Below are positions 1-8,552 of a DNA stretch of 47,605 nt, in pieces. The stretch lies in contig JACCWU010000173.1 of the NCBI GenBank assembly GCA_013697465.1, positions 1 through 47,605 of the forward strand, written 5' to 3'. Both the position numbers and the translations under genes were made by a program. This stretch comes from Actinomycetota bacterium (GTDB lineage: Bacteria; Actinomycetota; Thermoleophilia; Gaiellales; Gaiellaceae). Numbering within the stretch: position 1 is the first letter of the stretch; each line of letters opens with the position of its first letter. The notes beneath the pieces were generated by a model. It saw nothing but the letters and a program-made list of their open reading frames with translations. It was not told the origin of the DNA and did no database searches.

Positions 1-1184
1 CGCGCTCTCAACGCGCGAGCGGCAGGTGCAAGCGGAAGCCCTCGCCGGCGGCTGCGCACGAGAAGGTCGAGAGCGCAGAGCGCGAACGGGACCACCGCGA
101 CGAGCAGAGTGAGTCGAACCGCCCAGCCGCTCGCGACTCGGTCATTCACGAAGAGACTGTCGGGGGTGCGAAAGGCCGCGCCGACGCTCGTGTCGATCGA
201 GCCGAGGAGCGCCTCCGTCGCCTGACCGAGCTCGCCGAGACGCTGCTCGGCAAGGAGCGGCTCGGAATCCACGGCGGGAACGTCCCGCTCACGTTGCTCC
301 TCGGCGGTGATGGTCAAGGCGGCGATGCCGGAGGCGAGAAAGCGGCCCTGCTCCCCTTCGGCATACGGAACAGCGAGCCCCACGAGCTGGCTCAGGACAT
401 CGGGAAAGCCCGGCTCGACGCCGAGTTGCTCCTGGACGCGCGCAACCGCCGTGCGAACGAACGCCGGCGCAGGCGATCGCGGCTCGTCCCCGGCGACCGC
501 GATGCGCGGCTCTCCCCTTCCATCGAGCGCATCGAGCACGATCGCCGCAAAGGCGTCGTCCGCATACGGCGACTCGGCGACGAAGCGAGCTGCGCCGGCG
601 CCGCCGTACGCCCCCGCATCCGTCGAGACCAGCACGAGCGCCCGCTGTGGTTGCGGCGCAACGGAAGCGCCTCGTGGGGCGAATCCGCGCGCCAGCTCGA
701 TGAGCGCCGCCGTACCCGAGGCGTTGTCAGCATGCGGGCGGTCGGCACCTTCGTTGTCTCGATGAGCAACAAGCACGATCGCCTCGCTTGCTCTGCCGGG
801 GATCACCGCGACGACGTTGCGCAGCTCCACCTCGCCCAGCTCCGCGACGTCCTCGGTCCAGCGATCCTCGTCCGCGGCGAACCCGAAGGACTCCACGGTC
901 TCGGCAAACCAGTGAGCGGCGTCGGCGCTCTCCGGGGTACCGGGCACTCGAGACGGATACTCCGTGGAGAGCTGCGTGGCGAGGGAGACGGCCGCGTCGG
1001 GGTCGAACAGGGGCTCGAGGGCGGGACGCGGCAGCGTGCCGGTTGGCGACACTGAGAACAGAAGCGCCAGCAACGCCGGCGCGACGAGAATCGAGGAGAC
1101 GCGCACCAAGCGCGTGTTGAGGGGTCTGTCGACGGTGCCGCGGCGCGGTGGCCGCCTCCGCCTCCGAGGCCGAGCCGCTTCCAT
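1..1184 (-). CDS. M28-family zinc aminopeptidase, partial (3' end runs off the window)
   Basis: Absent from the ORF track because there is no stop in the window. My reverse-strand translation from the ATG (revcomp of cat 1182-1184) stays open to position 1: MEAARPRRRRRPPRRGTVDRPLNTRLVRVSSILVAPALLALLFSV...AIVLVAHRDNEGADRPHADNASGTAALIELARGF...LVLVSTDAGAYGGAGAARF. It has an N-terminal signal anchor and the H-x-D ... DNASG-x-A-x-LIELAR pattern of peptidase M28, with high GC3. Plus-strand ORFs 294..1055 and 307..765 are its antisense shadows. Confidence 0.75.
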   Translation of the reverse strand, partial: MEAARPRRRRRPPRRGTVDRPLNTRLVRVSSILVAPALLALLFSVSPTGTLPRPALEPLFDPDAAVSLATQLSTEYPSRVPGTPESADAAHWFAETVESFGFAADEDRWTEDVAELGEVELRNVVAVIPGRASEAIVLVAHRDNEGADRPHADNASGTAALIELARGFAPRGASVAPQPQRALVLVSTDAGAYGGAGAARFVAESPYADDAFAAIVLDALDGRGEPRIAVAGDEPRSPAPAFVRTAVARVQEQLGVEPGFPDVLSQLVGLAVPYAEGEQGRFLASGIAALTITAEEQRERDVPAVDSEPLLAEQRLGELGQATEALLGSIDTSVGAAFRTPDSLFVNDRVASGWAVRLTLLVAVVPFALCALDLLVRSRRRGLPLAPAARALRA

Positions 1185-1192
1185 GGCCGGGC

Positions 1193-1198
1193 TATAGT
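1193..1198 (+). promoter_or_regulatory. Candidate -10 box TATAGT for the response-regulator operon
   Basis: TATAGT sits in the 52-nt divergent spacer between the M28 gene (start 1184) and the regulator (start 1237). It lies within the palindromic ACTATAGT, so the reverse strand reads TACTAT 9 nt before the M28 ATG. This would give a leader of about 30 nt for the regulator. Confidence 0.4.
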
Positions 1199-1236
1199 AG
1201 GCGGGCAGGCACCCGCGCGCCCTCAGCGAAGCTTCG

Positions 1237-1935
1237 ATGCCGAGTACCTCGACCATCCTCCTCGTCGACGACGAGGATTCGATTCAGACGCTGCTCACCT
1301 ATCCCCTCGAACGGGACGGCTACACGGTGGTGCAGGCACGCGACGGAGAGGAGGCACTCCGGCGGTTCGCGGAAGAGTCCGTCGATCTCGTGGTGCTCGA
1401 CGTCATGCTTCCGAAGCTCGACGGGCTCGAGGTCTGCAAGCGACTCCGCAGCGAGAGCACCGTTCCCATCATCATGCTCACCGCGCGCGGCGACGAGCTC
1501 GACAAGGTTCTCGGGCTCGAGCTCGGCGCCGACGACTACATCACCAAGCCGTTTTCCATCCGAGAGTTCCGGAGCCGTGTGCGCGCTCTCCTACGGCGGG
1601 CCGTGACACCGCACCTGGCTGCGAACCGCGAAGACGTGATCGACCGGGGCGAACTCCGGATCGACCTGCCGCGGCGCACGGTCGAGGTTCGAGGCGAGCC
1701 CGTGCAGCTCACGTACATCGAGTTCGAGCTCCTCGCCGTGCTTGCCTCGAGCCCGGGCGTGGTCTTCACCAGGCGCGATCTCCTGGAGCGGCTGCGTGGT
1801 AGCGCCGACTACCGCGAGCCGCGAACGATCGACGTCCACGTTCGCCATCTGCGCGAGAAGATCGAGGAGGATCCGAGCGCCCCGCGGCTGATCCTGACGA
1901 TCCGGGGAGCCGGCTACCGCTTCCGCGCCGACTAG
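1237..1935 (+). CDS. OmpR/PhoB-family response regulator (receiver + winged-helix)
   Basis: ILLVDDEDSI...DLVVLDVMLPKLDGLEVC...IIMLTARGDELDKVLGLELGADDYITKPFSIREF...GYRF. Receiver Asp/Lys motifs and a C-terminal trans_reg_C signature. Confidence 0.95.
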   Translation: MPSTSTILLVDDEDSIQTLLTYPLERDGYTVVQARDGEEALRRFAEESVDLVVLDVMLPKLDGLEVCKRLRSESTVPIIMLTARGDELDKVLGLELGADDYITKPFSIREFRSRVRALLRRAVTPHLAANREDVIDRGELRIDLPRRTVEVRGEPVQLTYIEFELLAVLASSPGVVFTRRDLLERLRGSADYREPRTIDVHVRHLREKIEEDPSAPRLILTIRGAGYRFRAD

Positions 1936-1946
1936 CTCGTGATCGC

Positions 1947-3368
1947 GTGAAGCTCCCCGGCGGAATCCGGGTTCGCATCGCGCTGGCGCTCACCGGCATC
2001 GTCGCTGCCGCGCTCGGTGCGGCGTACGTCATCGTCGTGCCGTCACTCGAGAACCGGCTCGTGAAGGCCCGCCTCGACCAGCTCCAGGAGCTCGCCGTCC
2101 CGCTCGCGGCCCGCCTTCCGACGAACCGGTTTCTGTGGCCGGACGCCGTCGATACCTTCGCGCTGGCCACGGACGCGCGCGTCGTCGCTCTCGACGTTCT
2201 CACCCGGACGCCCCCAGCCCTGACAGTTGCCGCGGACTCGCAAAGCGGGAGCTCCGGCGACGTCGCGGAGAACCCGATCGCTCTGCGCGCGCTCGAGAGC
2301 GGCAAGGTCGAACGAGGCCGCGTGCAGGTGGCGAGCGCAGATCTCGGCGACGTCGCCGTGCCGCTCGATTGGGGTGCCGTTCTGTTGTTCCGGGCCTCGC
2401 TCGACGACTCGCTCGCCACCGTCTCGCTCGTGGAACGCCGCCTGCTCCTCGCGACCGCGTTCGCGCTGGCGCTCGCACTCGCGCTAGGGCTGTTCGCGGC
2501 GGGAACGCTCGTCAACCGCGTCAGGCGGCTGGAGACCGCTGCCGAGCGGATCGCGGGCGGCGATTTCGCCGCTCCGGTGATCGATCGCGGCGACGACGAG
2601 ATCGGGCAGCTCGCGCATGCTTTCGACCGCATGCGCGTGCAGCTCGCGCAGCTCGACTCGGCGCGCAAGGAGTTCGTCGCCAACGCGTCGCACGAGCTAC
2701 GTACACCGCTGTTCTCGCTGGGCGGGTTCCTGGAACTGCTTCTCGACGAGGACCTGGACGAGGAGACGCGCCGCGAGTTCCTCACGACGATGCAAACGCA
2801 GATGGAGCGCCTGACGAAGCTCTCCGCCGATCTTCTCGATCTCTCCCGAGTCGACGCCGGCCAGCTGAGCGTCGTGCACGAGCTGGTGAACCTCGGCGAC
2901 GTGGCGGCGGCGCTCGCCCGCGAGCTCGAGCACATGGCAGCGGCCTCGGGGCACCGTTTGGACACGTCTGTTGAGGACGAGGTGTGGTGCGACGCCGACG
3001 AGGAGCGCGTCCACCAGATCGCTCGCGCTCTGGTCGTAAATGCGCTCGTGCATACACCGGCCGGTGCCCGGGTGGTCATCCGGGCGCGACGGCGAGCCAC
3101 ACGGGCCGAGCTCGCAGTCGAGGACGACGGCCCCGGCGTTCCAATTGGCCAGCACGACGCGATCTTCGAGCGCTTCTACCGTGCCGAAGGCCGGGTCGCC
3201 TCGGGAAGTGGCCTCGGGCTCGCTATCGCGAAGGAGCTCGCCCGGCTCATGGGCGGGTCGGTAGAGGTCGAGTCGAAGCCCGGACGCACGGTCTTCACGC
3301 TGGTGCTGCCGTGCGAGGCCGAGCCGCCATCGTTTTCACGTGAAAACACCCGATCGATGACGCACTGA
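1947..3368 (+). CDS. Sensor histidine kinase (TM - HAMP - HisKA - HATPase_c)
   Basis: GTG start 12 nt after the regulator stop. N-terminal TM, a second TM, then HAMP (RLETAAERIAGGDFAAPV), H-box FVANASHELRTPLFSL, and N/G boxes (VEDDGPGV...GSGLGLAIAKEL). Confidence 0.9.
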   Translation: MKLPGGIRVRIALALTGIVAAALGAAYVIVVPSLENRLVKARLDQLQELAVPLAARLPTNRFLWPDAVDTFALATDARVVALDVLTRTPPALTVAADSQSGSSGDVAENPIALRALESGKVERGRVQVASADLGDVAVPLDWGAVLLFRASLDDSLATVSLVERRLLLATAFALALALALGLFAAGTLVNRVRRLETAAERIAGGDFAAPVIDRGDDEIGQLAHAFDRMRVQLAQLDSARKEFVANASHELRTPLFSLGGFLELLLDEDLDEETRREFLTTMQTQMERLTKLSADLLDLSRVDAGQLSVVHELVNLGDVAAALARELEHMAAASGHRLDTSVEDEVWCDADEERVHQIARALVVNALVHTPAGARVVIRARRRATRAELAVEDDGPGVPIGQHDAIFERFYRAEGRVASGSGLGLAIAKELARLMGGSVEVESKPGRTVFTLVLPCEAEPPSFSRENTRSMTH

Positions 3369-3394
3369 AGCGACTCTCTACGATCTGCCGTGCG

Positions 3395-3844
3395 GTGAGC
3401 GATCTCTCTCATGTCGGCGAAGCCGGCGACGTACAGATGGTCGACGTCGGCGGCAAGCCGCTCGCCCGCCGCCGCGCCGTCGCGAAAGCCACCGTGCGCA
3501 TGGCAGCTTCCACCGCTGCGCAACTCCAAGCGTTGCCGAAGGGCGACGCCCTCGTGACGGCCCAACTCGCCGGGATCATGGCGGCGAAGCGCACCGCAGA
3601 GCTGATCCCGCTTTGCCACCCGCTCGCACTGACGCATGTGGACGTTCGGCTCGAGGTCCGAGACGAGTCGGTCGAGATCGAGGCGACGGCGGAAACGACG
3701 GCGCAGACCGGCGTCGAGATGGAGGCGCTGGTGGCAGCGTCGGTGGCGGCGTTGACCATCTACGACATGGCCAAGGCCGTGGACAAGATGATGGAGATCA
3801 CGGGTGTGCAGCTGTTGACGAAGACGAAGGATCCGCCGGGATGA
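3395..3844 (+). CDS. moaC: Cyclic pyranopterin monophosphate synthase MoaC
   Basis: MVDVGGKP...KGDALVTAQLAGIMAAKRTAELIPLCHPLALTHVDV...TGVEMEALVAASVAALTIYDMAKA is the canonical MoaC core. GTG start; TACGAT lies at 3379-3384, 10 nt upstream. Confidence 0.9.
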   Translation: MSDLSHVGEAGDVQMVDVGGKPLARRRAVAKATVRMAASTAAQLQALPKGDALVTAQLAGIMAAKRTAELIPLCHPLALTHVDVRLEVRDESVEIEATAETTAQTGVEMEALVAASVAALTIYDMAKAVDKMMEITGVQLLTKTKDPPG

Positions 3845-4323
3845 GGGCTGCCGTACTGACCGTGTCCGACGGGGTCCATGCGGGTGTGCGCGAGGACACA
3901 AGCGGCGCGCTGCTCGAGGAGCTTCTCAGAGACGAGGGATTCGTGGTGGAGCGCCGGCTTGTGCCGGACGAGCGTGAGGAGATCGCGGCAGCCCTTCGCG
4001 CCCTGGCCGAGAGCGCCGTGCTCATCCTGACCACCGGAGGCACGGGCTTCGCTCCACGGGATGTCACGCCGGAGGCGACGAGGCGCGTGCTCGATCGCGA
4101 GGCCCCTGGAATTGCCGAAGCGATCCGCGCAGATGCAATCTCGCGGACGCCGCATGCCCTGCTCTCGCGGGGCGTGGCCGGCCTCGTGGACTCGACGCTC
4201 GTCGTCAACCTCCCCGGCTCGCCGGGAGGGTGCAAGGACGGCTTCGCCGTACTTCGCCCCGCGCTTCTGCACGGGCTCGAGCTGGCGTCCGGAGACACGG
4301 CGACGAGTCACCGGCAGACGTGA
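3841..4323 (+). CDS. MoaB/MogA-family molybdopterin adenylyltransferase
   Basis: Internal ATG of ORF 3613..4323 overlaps the moaC stop (ATGA). MRAAVLTVSDG...LILTTGGTGFAPRDVTPEAT...GIAEAIRA...LSRGVAGLVDSTLVVNLPGSPGG is MoCF_biosynth-domain sequence. Confidence 0.85.
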   Translation: MRAAVLTVSDGVHAGVREDTSGALLEELLRDEGFVVERRLVPDEREEIAAALRALAESAVLILTTGGTGFAPRDVTPEATRRVLDREAPGIAEAIRADAISRTPHALLSRGVAGLVDSTLVVNLPGSPGGCKDGFAVLRPALLHGLELASGDTATSHRQT

Positions 4324-5183
4324 CGTCGACGATCGTTCCGCTGCCGCGTCGTCTTGCTTCGCTCGTTCGGATCGAGCACACGGTCTTCGCGCTTCCGTTT
4401 GCCTACGTCGGCGCGTTCCTTGCGGCCGACGGCTGGCCCGGCTTCGAGAGCGTTCTCTGGGTGACGATCGCAATGGTCGGCGCGCGGACGCTCGCGATGG
4501 CGCTGAACCGCCTCGTGGACGCCGAGCTCGACGCGCGAAATCCCCGAACGGTTGGGCGCGAGCTTCCGACCGGCTCGCTGACGAGGGCGCAGGTCGTGAT
4601 GCTCAGCGCCGTCGCGCTGGGGATGTTCGTGATCGCCGTTTCCCAGCTCGATCCGATCGTGCGCTGGCTCTGGCCGATTCCGGTGGCGCTGTTCGCGGTG
4701 TATCCCTACCTCAAGCGCTTCACCTGGCTCTGCCATCTGTGGCTGGGGGCGTGCCTCGGGCTTGCGCCAGTGGGCGCGTGGCTCGCGATCGCCGGATCGG
4801 CACCGTGGGAAGCGTGGACGCTGGGCGTGGCCGTTCTCTTCTGGGTGGCCGGCTTCGACCTCTTCTACTCGCTCTACGACCTCGAGCACGATCTCCGCGA
4901 TGGGCTCCACTCGTGGGCGGTGCGTTTCGGCGAGCGAGGGGTGTTCGCCGGGGCGCGCAGCTTTCACGCCGCGACCGTGGTGCTACTAGCGGCTACGGGT
5001 GCCGGGCTCGGGGTGGGCCTGCTCTACTGGCTCGGCGTCGCGGTGACAGGCGTGCTGCTTGCTTACGAGCACTCGATCGTGCGACCCGGCGATCTCCGTC
5101 GATTGGACGCGGCCTTCTTCACGGTGAACGGCGTGATCAGCGCGGTCTTCTTCGCTTTCGTAGCGTTCGACGTTCTCGTTTGA
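4320..5183 (+). CDS. UbiA-family aromatic polyprenyltransferase (4-hydroxybenzoate polyprenyltransferase-like / MqnP-like)
   Basis: GTG at 4320 overlaps the preceding stop (GTGA). LVRIEHTVFALPFAYVGAFLA...GARTLAMALNRLVDAELDARNPRT..RELP has the NxxxDxxxD motif. A second Asp-rich motif is YSLYDLEHD. Multiple TM helices. Confidence 0.85.
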   Translation: MTSTIVPLPRRLASLVRIEHTVFALPFAYVGAFLAADGWPGFESVLWVTIAMVGARTLAMALNRLVDAELDARNPRTVGRELPTGSLTRAQVVMLSAVALGMFVIAVSQLDPIVRWLWPIPVALFAVYPYLKRFTWLCHLWLGACLGLAPVGAWLAIAGSAPWEAWTLGVAVLFWVAGFDLFYSLYDLEHDLRDGLHSWAVRFGERGVFAGARSFHAATVVLLAATGAGLGVGLLYWLGVAVTGVLLAYEHSIVRPGDLRRLDAAFFTVNGVISAVFFAFVAFDVLV

Positions 5184-5274
5184 CTGCGCGCGTGTCCGGT
5201 CGCCTCTCGCGCGCGTCCGTCCTTCATCACACTCTTTTCACGATGCGATGTTCCACGCGTGAACCGTTCGCCGC

Positions 5275-5280
5275 TAGCGT
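5275..5280 (+). promoter_or_regulatory. Candidate -10 box TAGCGT upstream of ccmA (would give a leader of about 118 nt)
   Basis: It is the only TANNNT hexamer in the 220-nt spacer 5184-5403. The same hexamer recurs as a candidate -10 at 9949-9954 (reverse strand) and 29863-29868. ccmA itself has a purine-rich GAGAGAAAG 8-16 nt before its GTG, so a leadered mRNA is plausible. Confidence 0.3.
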
Positions 5281-5403
5281 GAATCCAGGGGGGCTTCCGC
5301 CCCCTCGGGGGGGTTCGAGGAGCATCGATCTTGCGCAGGCGCCCGTGCCACTCCGAAAGGCGCGCGAGAGCCGGGCTGGAAACCGCGAGAGAAAGCAGCG
5401 CCC

Positions 5404-5988
5404 GTGATCCGCGCTCGCGCCCTCGAGAAGCGGTACGGGCGCAAGCGAGTGTTCGCCGGGATCGATCTCGATCTTCCGGCGGATGGCTTCCTTGTTGTCA
5501 CAGGAGCCAACGGATCGGGAAAGACCACGCTGCTCCGCGTCCTGACCGGGCTCGCGTCGGCGACACGGGGAGAGCTCCGGGTCGAGGCCGATCGCGGCCG
5601 CATCGGGCATCTCGCCCACGAGCCGCTCGTGTATCGGGAGCTGAGCGCGCTCGAGAATCTCGACCTGTTCGGCCGGCTGTATCGAGTCCCCGAGCGACGC
5701 GAGCGGATCGGGATGCTCCTCGAGCGGTTCGGACTCTGGGAGGCGCGCAACGAGCGAGTCGCCGCGTACTCGCGCGGGATGTTGCAGAGGCTCGCGCTGT
5801 GCCGGACCCTGCTACACGACCCGGACCTCCTGGTTCTCGACGAGCCGTTCTCGGCGCTCGACGAGGAAGGCGCGGCGCTGCTCGATCGCGAGCTCGCCGA
5901 GCTCGCCGGCAACCGCGCATTCGTCGTCTCGACGCATGATCCCGCTCGGCTTGCGCCGCTCTCCACCGCGCGGCTTGCTCTTACATGA
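5404..5988 (+). CDS. ccmA: Heme exporter ATP-binding protein CcmA
   Basis: Short ABC ATPase (194 aa): Walker A GANGSGKTTLLRVL, signature YSRGMLQRLAL, Walker B LLVLDEPFSALD. It is followed directly by ccmB and ccmC. Confidence 0.85.
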   Translation: MIRARALEKRYGRKRVFAGIDLDLPADGFLVVTGANGSGKTTLLRVLTGLASATRGELRVEADRGRIGHLAHEPLVYRELSALENLDLFGRLYRVPERRERIGMLLERFGLWEARNERVAAYSRGMLQRLALCRTLLHDPDLLVLDEPFSALDEEGAALLDRELAELAGNRAFVVSTHDPARLAPLSTARLALT

Positions 5989-6623
5989 CGTACCTCACCG
6001 ACGTCAGCGCGCTCGCACGCAAGGATCTCAAGATCGAGCTTCGCGCCCGCGACACGCTTCCGGCCATGTTGCTGTTCGTTCTCTCGACGCTCGTCGTCTT
6101 TCACTTCGCGCTCCCGGCAGAGAGCGCGAGTGACGCGGCCTACGGGCTGCTCTGGGTTGCGATCGTCTTCACGGCGCTTCTCGGACTTTCGAGAGCGTGG
6201 GTGCCGGAGCACGAGCATGGCGTTCTGGACGGGCTGATCCTCGCTCCGTGCGATCGAAGTGCGATCTGGCTCGGGAAGACGCTCGCGACGCTCGCATTCC
6301 TCCTCGCGGCGCAGGTCGTCGCTCTCCCGGCTTTCGCGCTCTTCTTTGCCTCGCTCGACGTGACAGCCGTCGCTGGTGTGGTGCTCGCGGACGTCGGCAT
6401 CTGTGTCGTCGGCTCGCTGCTCGCAGCGATGGCCGCAGCCAGCCGCGCCCGTGAGCTCCTGCTTCCGCTTCTCGTTCTCCCGCTGTCCATCCCGCTGATC
6501 GTCGGTGGAGTCGGAGCGGCGATCTCGCCCGACGGCGAGAGGTACCTCCTCTTCCTCGCGCTGTACGACGCGGTCTTCGCGGTACTCTCGTGGGCGTCCT
6601 TCGAGTACGTCGTCACCGAGTAG
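5985..6623 (+). CDS. ccmB: Heme exporter membrane protein CcmB
   Basis: ATGA overlap with ccmA. Six predicted TM helices and a CcmB-like N-terminus (ARKDLKIELRARDTLPAMLLF). Confidence 0.85.
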   Translation: MTYLTDVSALARKDLKIELRARDTLPAMLLFVLSTLVVFHFALPAESASDAAYGLLWVAIVFTALLGLSRAWVPEHEHGVLDGLILAPCDRSAIWLGKTLATLAFLLAAQVVALPAFALFFASLDVTAVAGVVLADVGICVVGSLLAAMAAASRARELLLPLLVLPLSIPLIVGGVGAAISPDGERYLLFLALYDAVFAVLSWASFEYVVTE

Positions 6624-6687
6624 ATCACTGAACACTCCGCACGCGATCCGAAGCGTCCCGAGCCTTGCCGCGCTTGCTGCGGCGCTG

Positions 6688-7317
6688 ATGGGGGTCGCGA
6701 TCTTCCTCGCACTCCTGGTGGCGCCGGAAGACTCGGACCAGGGCATCTCGCAGCGAATCTTCTACATCCACGTCCCGATCGCGCTGACCGCGTACTTCTG
6801 CTTCGGACTCGGCGCGTGGAAGGCGTTGCGGCTGCTCGTGAGGGGTGAGGAACGACATGACCTCGAGAGCTACGTGGCGATCCACCAGGGGACGATCTTC
6901 GGGGTCCTCACGCTCGTCACCGGCTCGATCTGGGCGAAGGCGTCGTGGGGCCACTGGTGGCTGTGGAGCGAGGACCAGCTCGTCCTCTTCCTCGTCCTCT
7001 TCCTCTTCTACTGCGCGTACTTCATGCTTCGGTTCTCGCTCGAGGAGGGGCCGCGGCGCGCCCGCTCGTCGGCCGTCTACGCGCTCTTCGGCGTCGTGCT
7101 CATCCCGGTCAGCTTTCTCGCCATCCGGCTCGCCGAGGGGCTGATCCATCCCACCGTCTTCACGCGCGACGGGCCCCAGATGAGCGCTTCGATGTTCGCG
7201 ACCTTCTGCGTCGCGTGGGCCGCCGTAACGCTGCTCGCCTACGTGCTCTACCGCGTCGAGCTCGTGGGGAAGAGGCTCGACGCCGACCTGCACGAGCTCC
7301 GCGAGATCCTGCGGTGA
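6688..7317 (+). CDS. ccmC: Heme exporter/heme lyase subunit CcmC (start uncertain)
   Basis: FYIHVPIA (conserved His), Trp-rich motif SWGHWWLWSEDQL (a variant of WGxxWxWD) and a second His in GLIHPTVF. I chose the first ATG after the ccmB stop in the frame of ORF 6505..7317. The true start could differ by a few codons. Confidence 0.8.
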   Translation: MGVAIFLALLVAPEDSDQGISQRIFYIHVPIALTAYFCFGLGAWKALRLLVRGEERHDLESYVAIHQGTIFGVLTLVTGSIWAKASWGHWWLWSEDQLVLFLVLFLFYCAYFMLRFSLEEGPRRARSSAVYALFGVVLIPVSFLAIRLAEGLIHPTVFTRDGPQMSASMFATFCVAWAAVTLLAYVLYRVELVGKRLDADLHELREILR

Positions 7318-7499
7318 GCCAAGGGCAGTACGTCGCTGCGGCGTACGGGGTCGTGTTTGTCGTCGTCCTCGCCTACGTGGCCATCATCGCCGCCAAGCTC
7401 GTGCGCCTCGAGCGCCAGACGGCCGAGCTGCTCGAGCTCGCTTACCGCAGATCCACCGAGCCCTCCGCGCCGACCGGCGAGGGCGCGTCCACGACGTGA
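7314..7499 (+). CDS. CcmD-like small single-TM protein
   Basis: GTG at 7314 overlaps the ccmC stop (GTGA). The 61-aa product VSQGQYVAAAYGVVFVVVLAYVAIIAAKLVRLERQTAELLEL has one TM then a charged tail. Position and size match CcmD. Assigned by context only. Confidence 0.5.
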   Translation: MSQGQYVAAAYGVVFVVVLAYVAIIAAKLVRLERQTAELLELAYRRSTEPSAPTGEGASTT

Positions 7500-7730
7500 C
7501 CGACCGAAGCCCGATCTATGCTGCGGCCGTGATCGGACGGGGACCGTGACGCGCCAGCCGCTCATGGGCAGACCGCTGCCGCTGCAGGCGCCGACGGCGT
7601 TCGTGCGGATCCGACCGCGAGGAGCCCGCCTGTGTGGCGAGATGCGGCCTGGAGGGCGCACTCACTGTCGGCCCCTCGCTTCTGCTCGCCGGCGCTAGCG
7701 CCCGGTCATCGCTCGGCCGAGAAGCCGCGT

Positions 7731-7736
7731 TAGGCT
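7731..7736 (+). promoter_or_regulatory. Candidate -10 box TAGGCT, 6 nt before the GTG at 7743 (leaderless)
   Basis: TAGGCT-caacgc-GTG. There is no Shine-Dalgarno sequence between them. Confidence 0.5.
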
Positions 7737-7742
7737 CAACGC

Positions 7743-8543
7743 GTGTTCATCACGTTTCTCACCGACTTCGGCCTGAAGGACGACTTCGTCGGCACATGCC
7801 ACGGCGTTATGAAACGCATCGCGCCGGAGATCGAGATCATCGACATCACGCACGGCATTCCGCCGCAGGCGGTTCTCCAGGGGGCGCTGGTCCTCGCGAG
7901 CACGATCGGCTACATGCCTGTCGGCGTGCATCTGGCGGTCGTCGATCCGGGCGTCGGCGGGCCGCGCCGGCCGCTCGCGCTCCAGGATGCCGGCGACCGC
8001 ATCTACGTCGGGCCGGACAACGGGCTGCTCCTCCCTGCTGCGAACCGCGCGGGGATCGTCACCGCGCACGAGCTCGCGAACCCCGAGTACGCGCTGGGGT
8101 CGATCTCCAGGACGTTCCACGCGCGCGACCTGTTCGCCCCGGCCGCCGCGCACCTCGCACGCGGCGTGCCTCTTGCGGAGCTCGGCCCGCCGCTCGATCC
8201 CGAAGCCCTCGTAACCCTCGACGTCCCGGTGCCGGAGCTGGCCGAGAGCGCCGCCGTCGCAACCGTGCTCTACATCGACAGCTTCGGCAACATCGCGTTG
8301 AACCTGACCCGTGGCGACGTCGAGAGGATTGCGATCGCCCCGGGCACACGCGTCGAGCTGGAGCTTGCGGGAGAAGGGTACTACGCGGTGATGGCGAGGA
8401 CGTTCGCCGACGCCCGCCCGGGCGACGTCATCCTGTACGAGGACAGCTACGGGAACATGTCCGTCGCGATCTCACGCGGAAACGCCGCAAGGATGCTGCA
8501 CGTCGTCCCAGGCCAGAGGATTCGGATCGCTCCAGCCACCTGA
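7743..8543 (+). CDS. S-adenosyl-L-methionine hydroxide adenosyltransferase family protein (DUF62, fluorinase/chlorinase-like)
   Basis: MFITFLTDFGLKDDFVGTCHGVM...IIDITHGIPPQ...VHLAVVDPGVGGPRRPLAL...IYVGPDNGLL...TFHARDLFAPAAAHLA...IDSFGN is the diagnostic DUF62 motif set. Confidence 0.85.
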   Translation: MFITFLTDFGLKDDFVGTCHGVMKRIAPEIEIIDITHGIPPQAVLQGALVLASTIGYMPVGVHLAVVDPGVGGPRRPLALQDAGDRIYVGPDNGLLLPAANRAGIVTAHELANPEYALGSISRTFHARDLFAPAAAHLARGVPLAELGPPLDPEALVTLDVPVPELAESAAVATVLYIDSFGNIALNLTRGDVERIAIAPGTRVELELAGEGYYAVMARTFADARPGDVILYEDSYGNMSVAISRGNAARMLHVVPGQRIRIAPAT

Positions 8544-8552
8544 CTTCCGGGC

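Noticed and set aside
1766-3100. 444-aa minus-strand ORF opposite the histidine kinase. The same class includes 5274..6746, 17808..19037, 20106..21557, 32009..33412, 13031..14194 and 34225..35460.
   Set aside because: All are Ser/Arg/Pro/Ala-rich shadows overlapping genes with clear family signatures on the other strand. None has motifs or the high-GC3 pattern of the real frames.
7691-7702. Perfect 12-nt palindrome GGCGCTAGCGCC as an operator for the SAM hydroxide adenosyltransferase gene
   Set aside because: Several 12-nt palindromes are expected by chance in 47 kb of GC-rich DNA. There is no second copy or partner regulator nearby.
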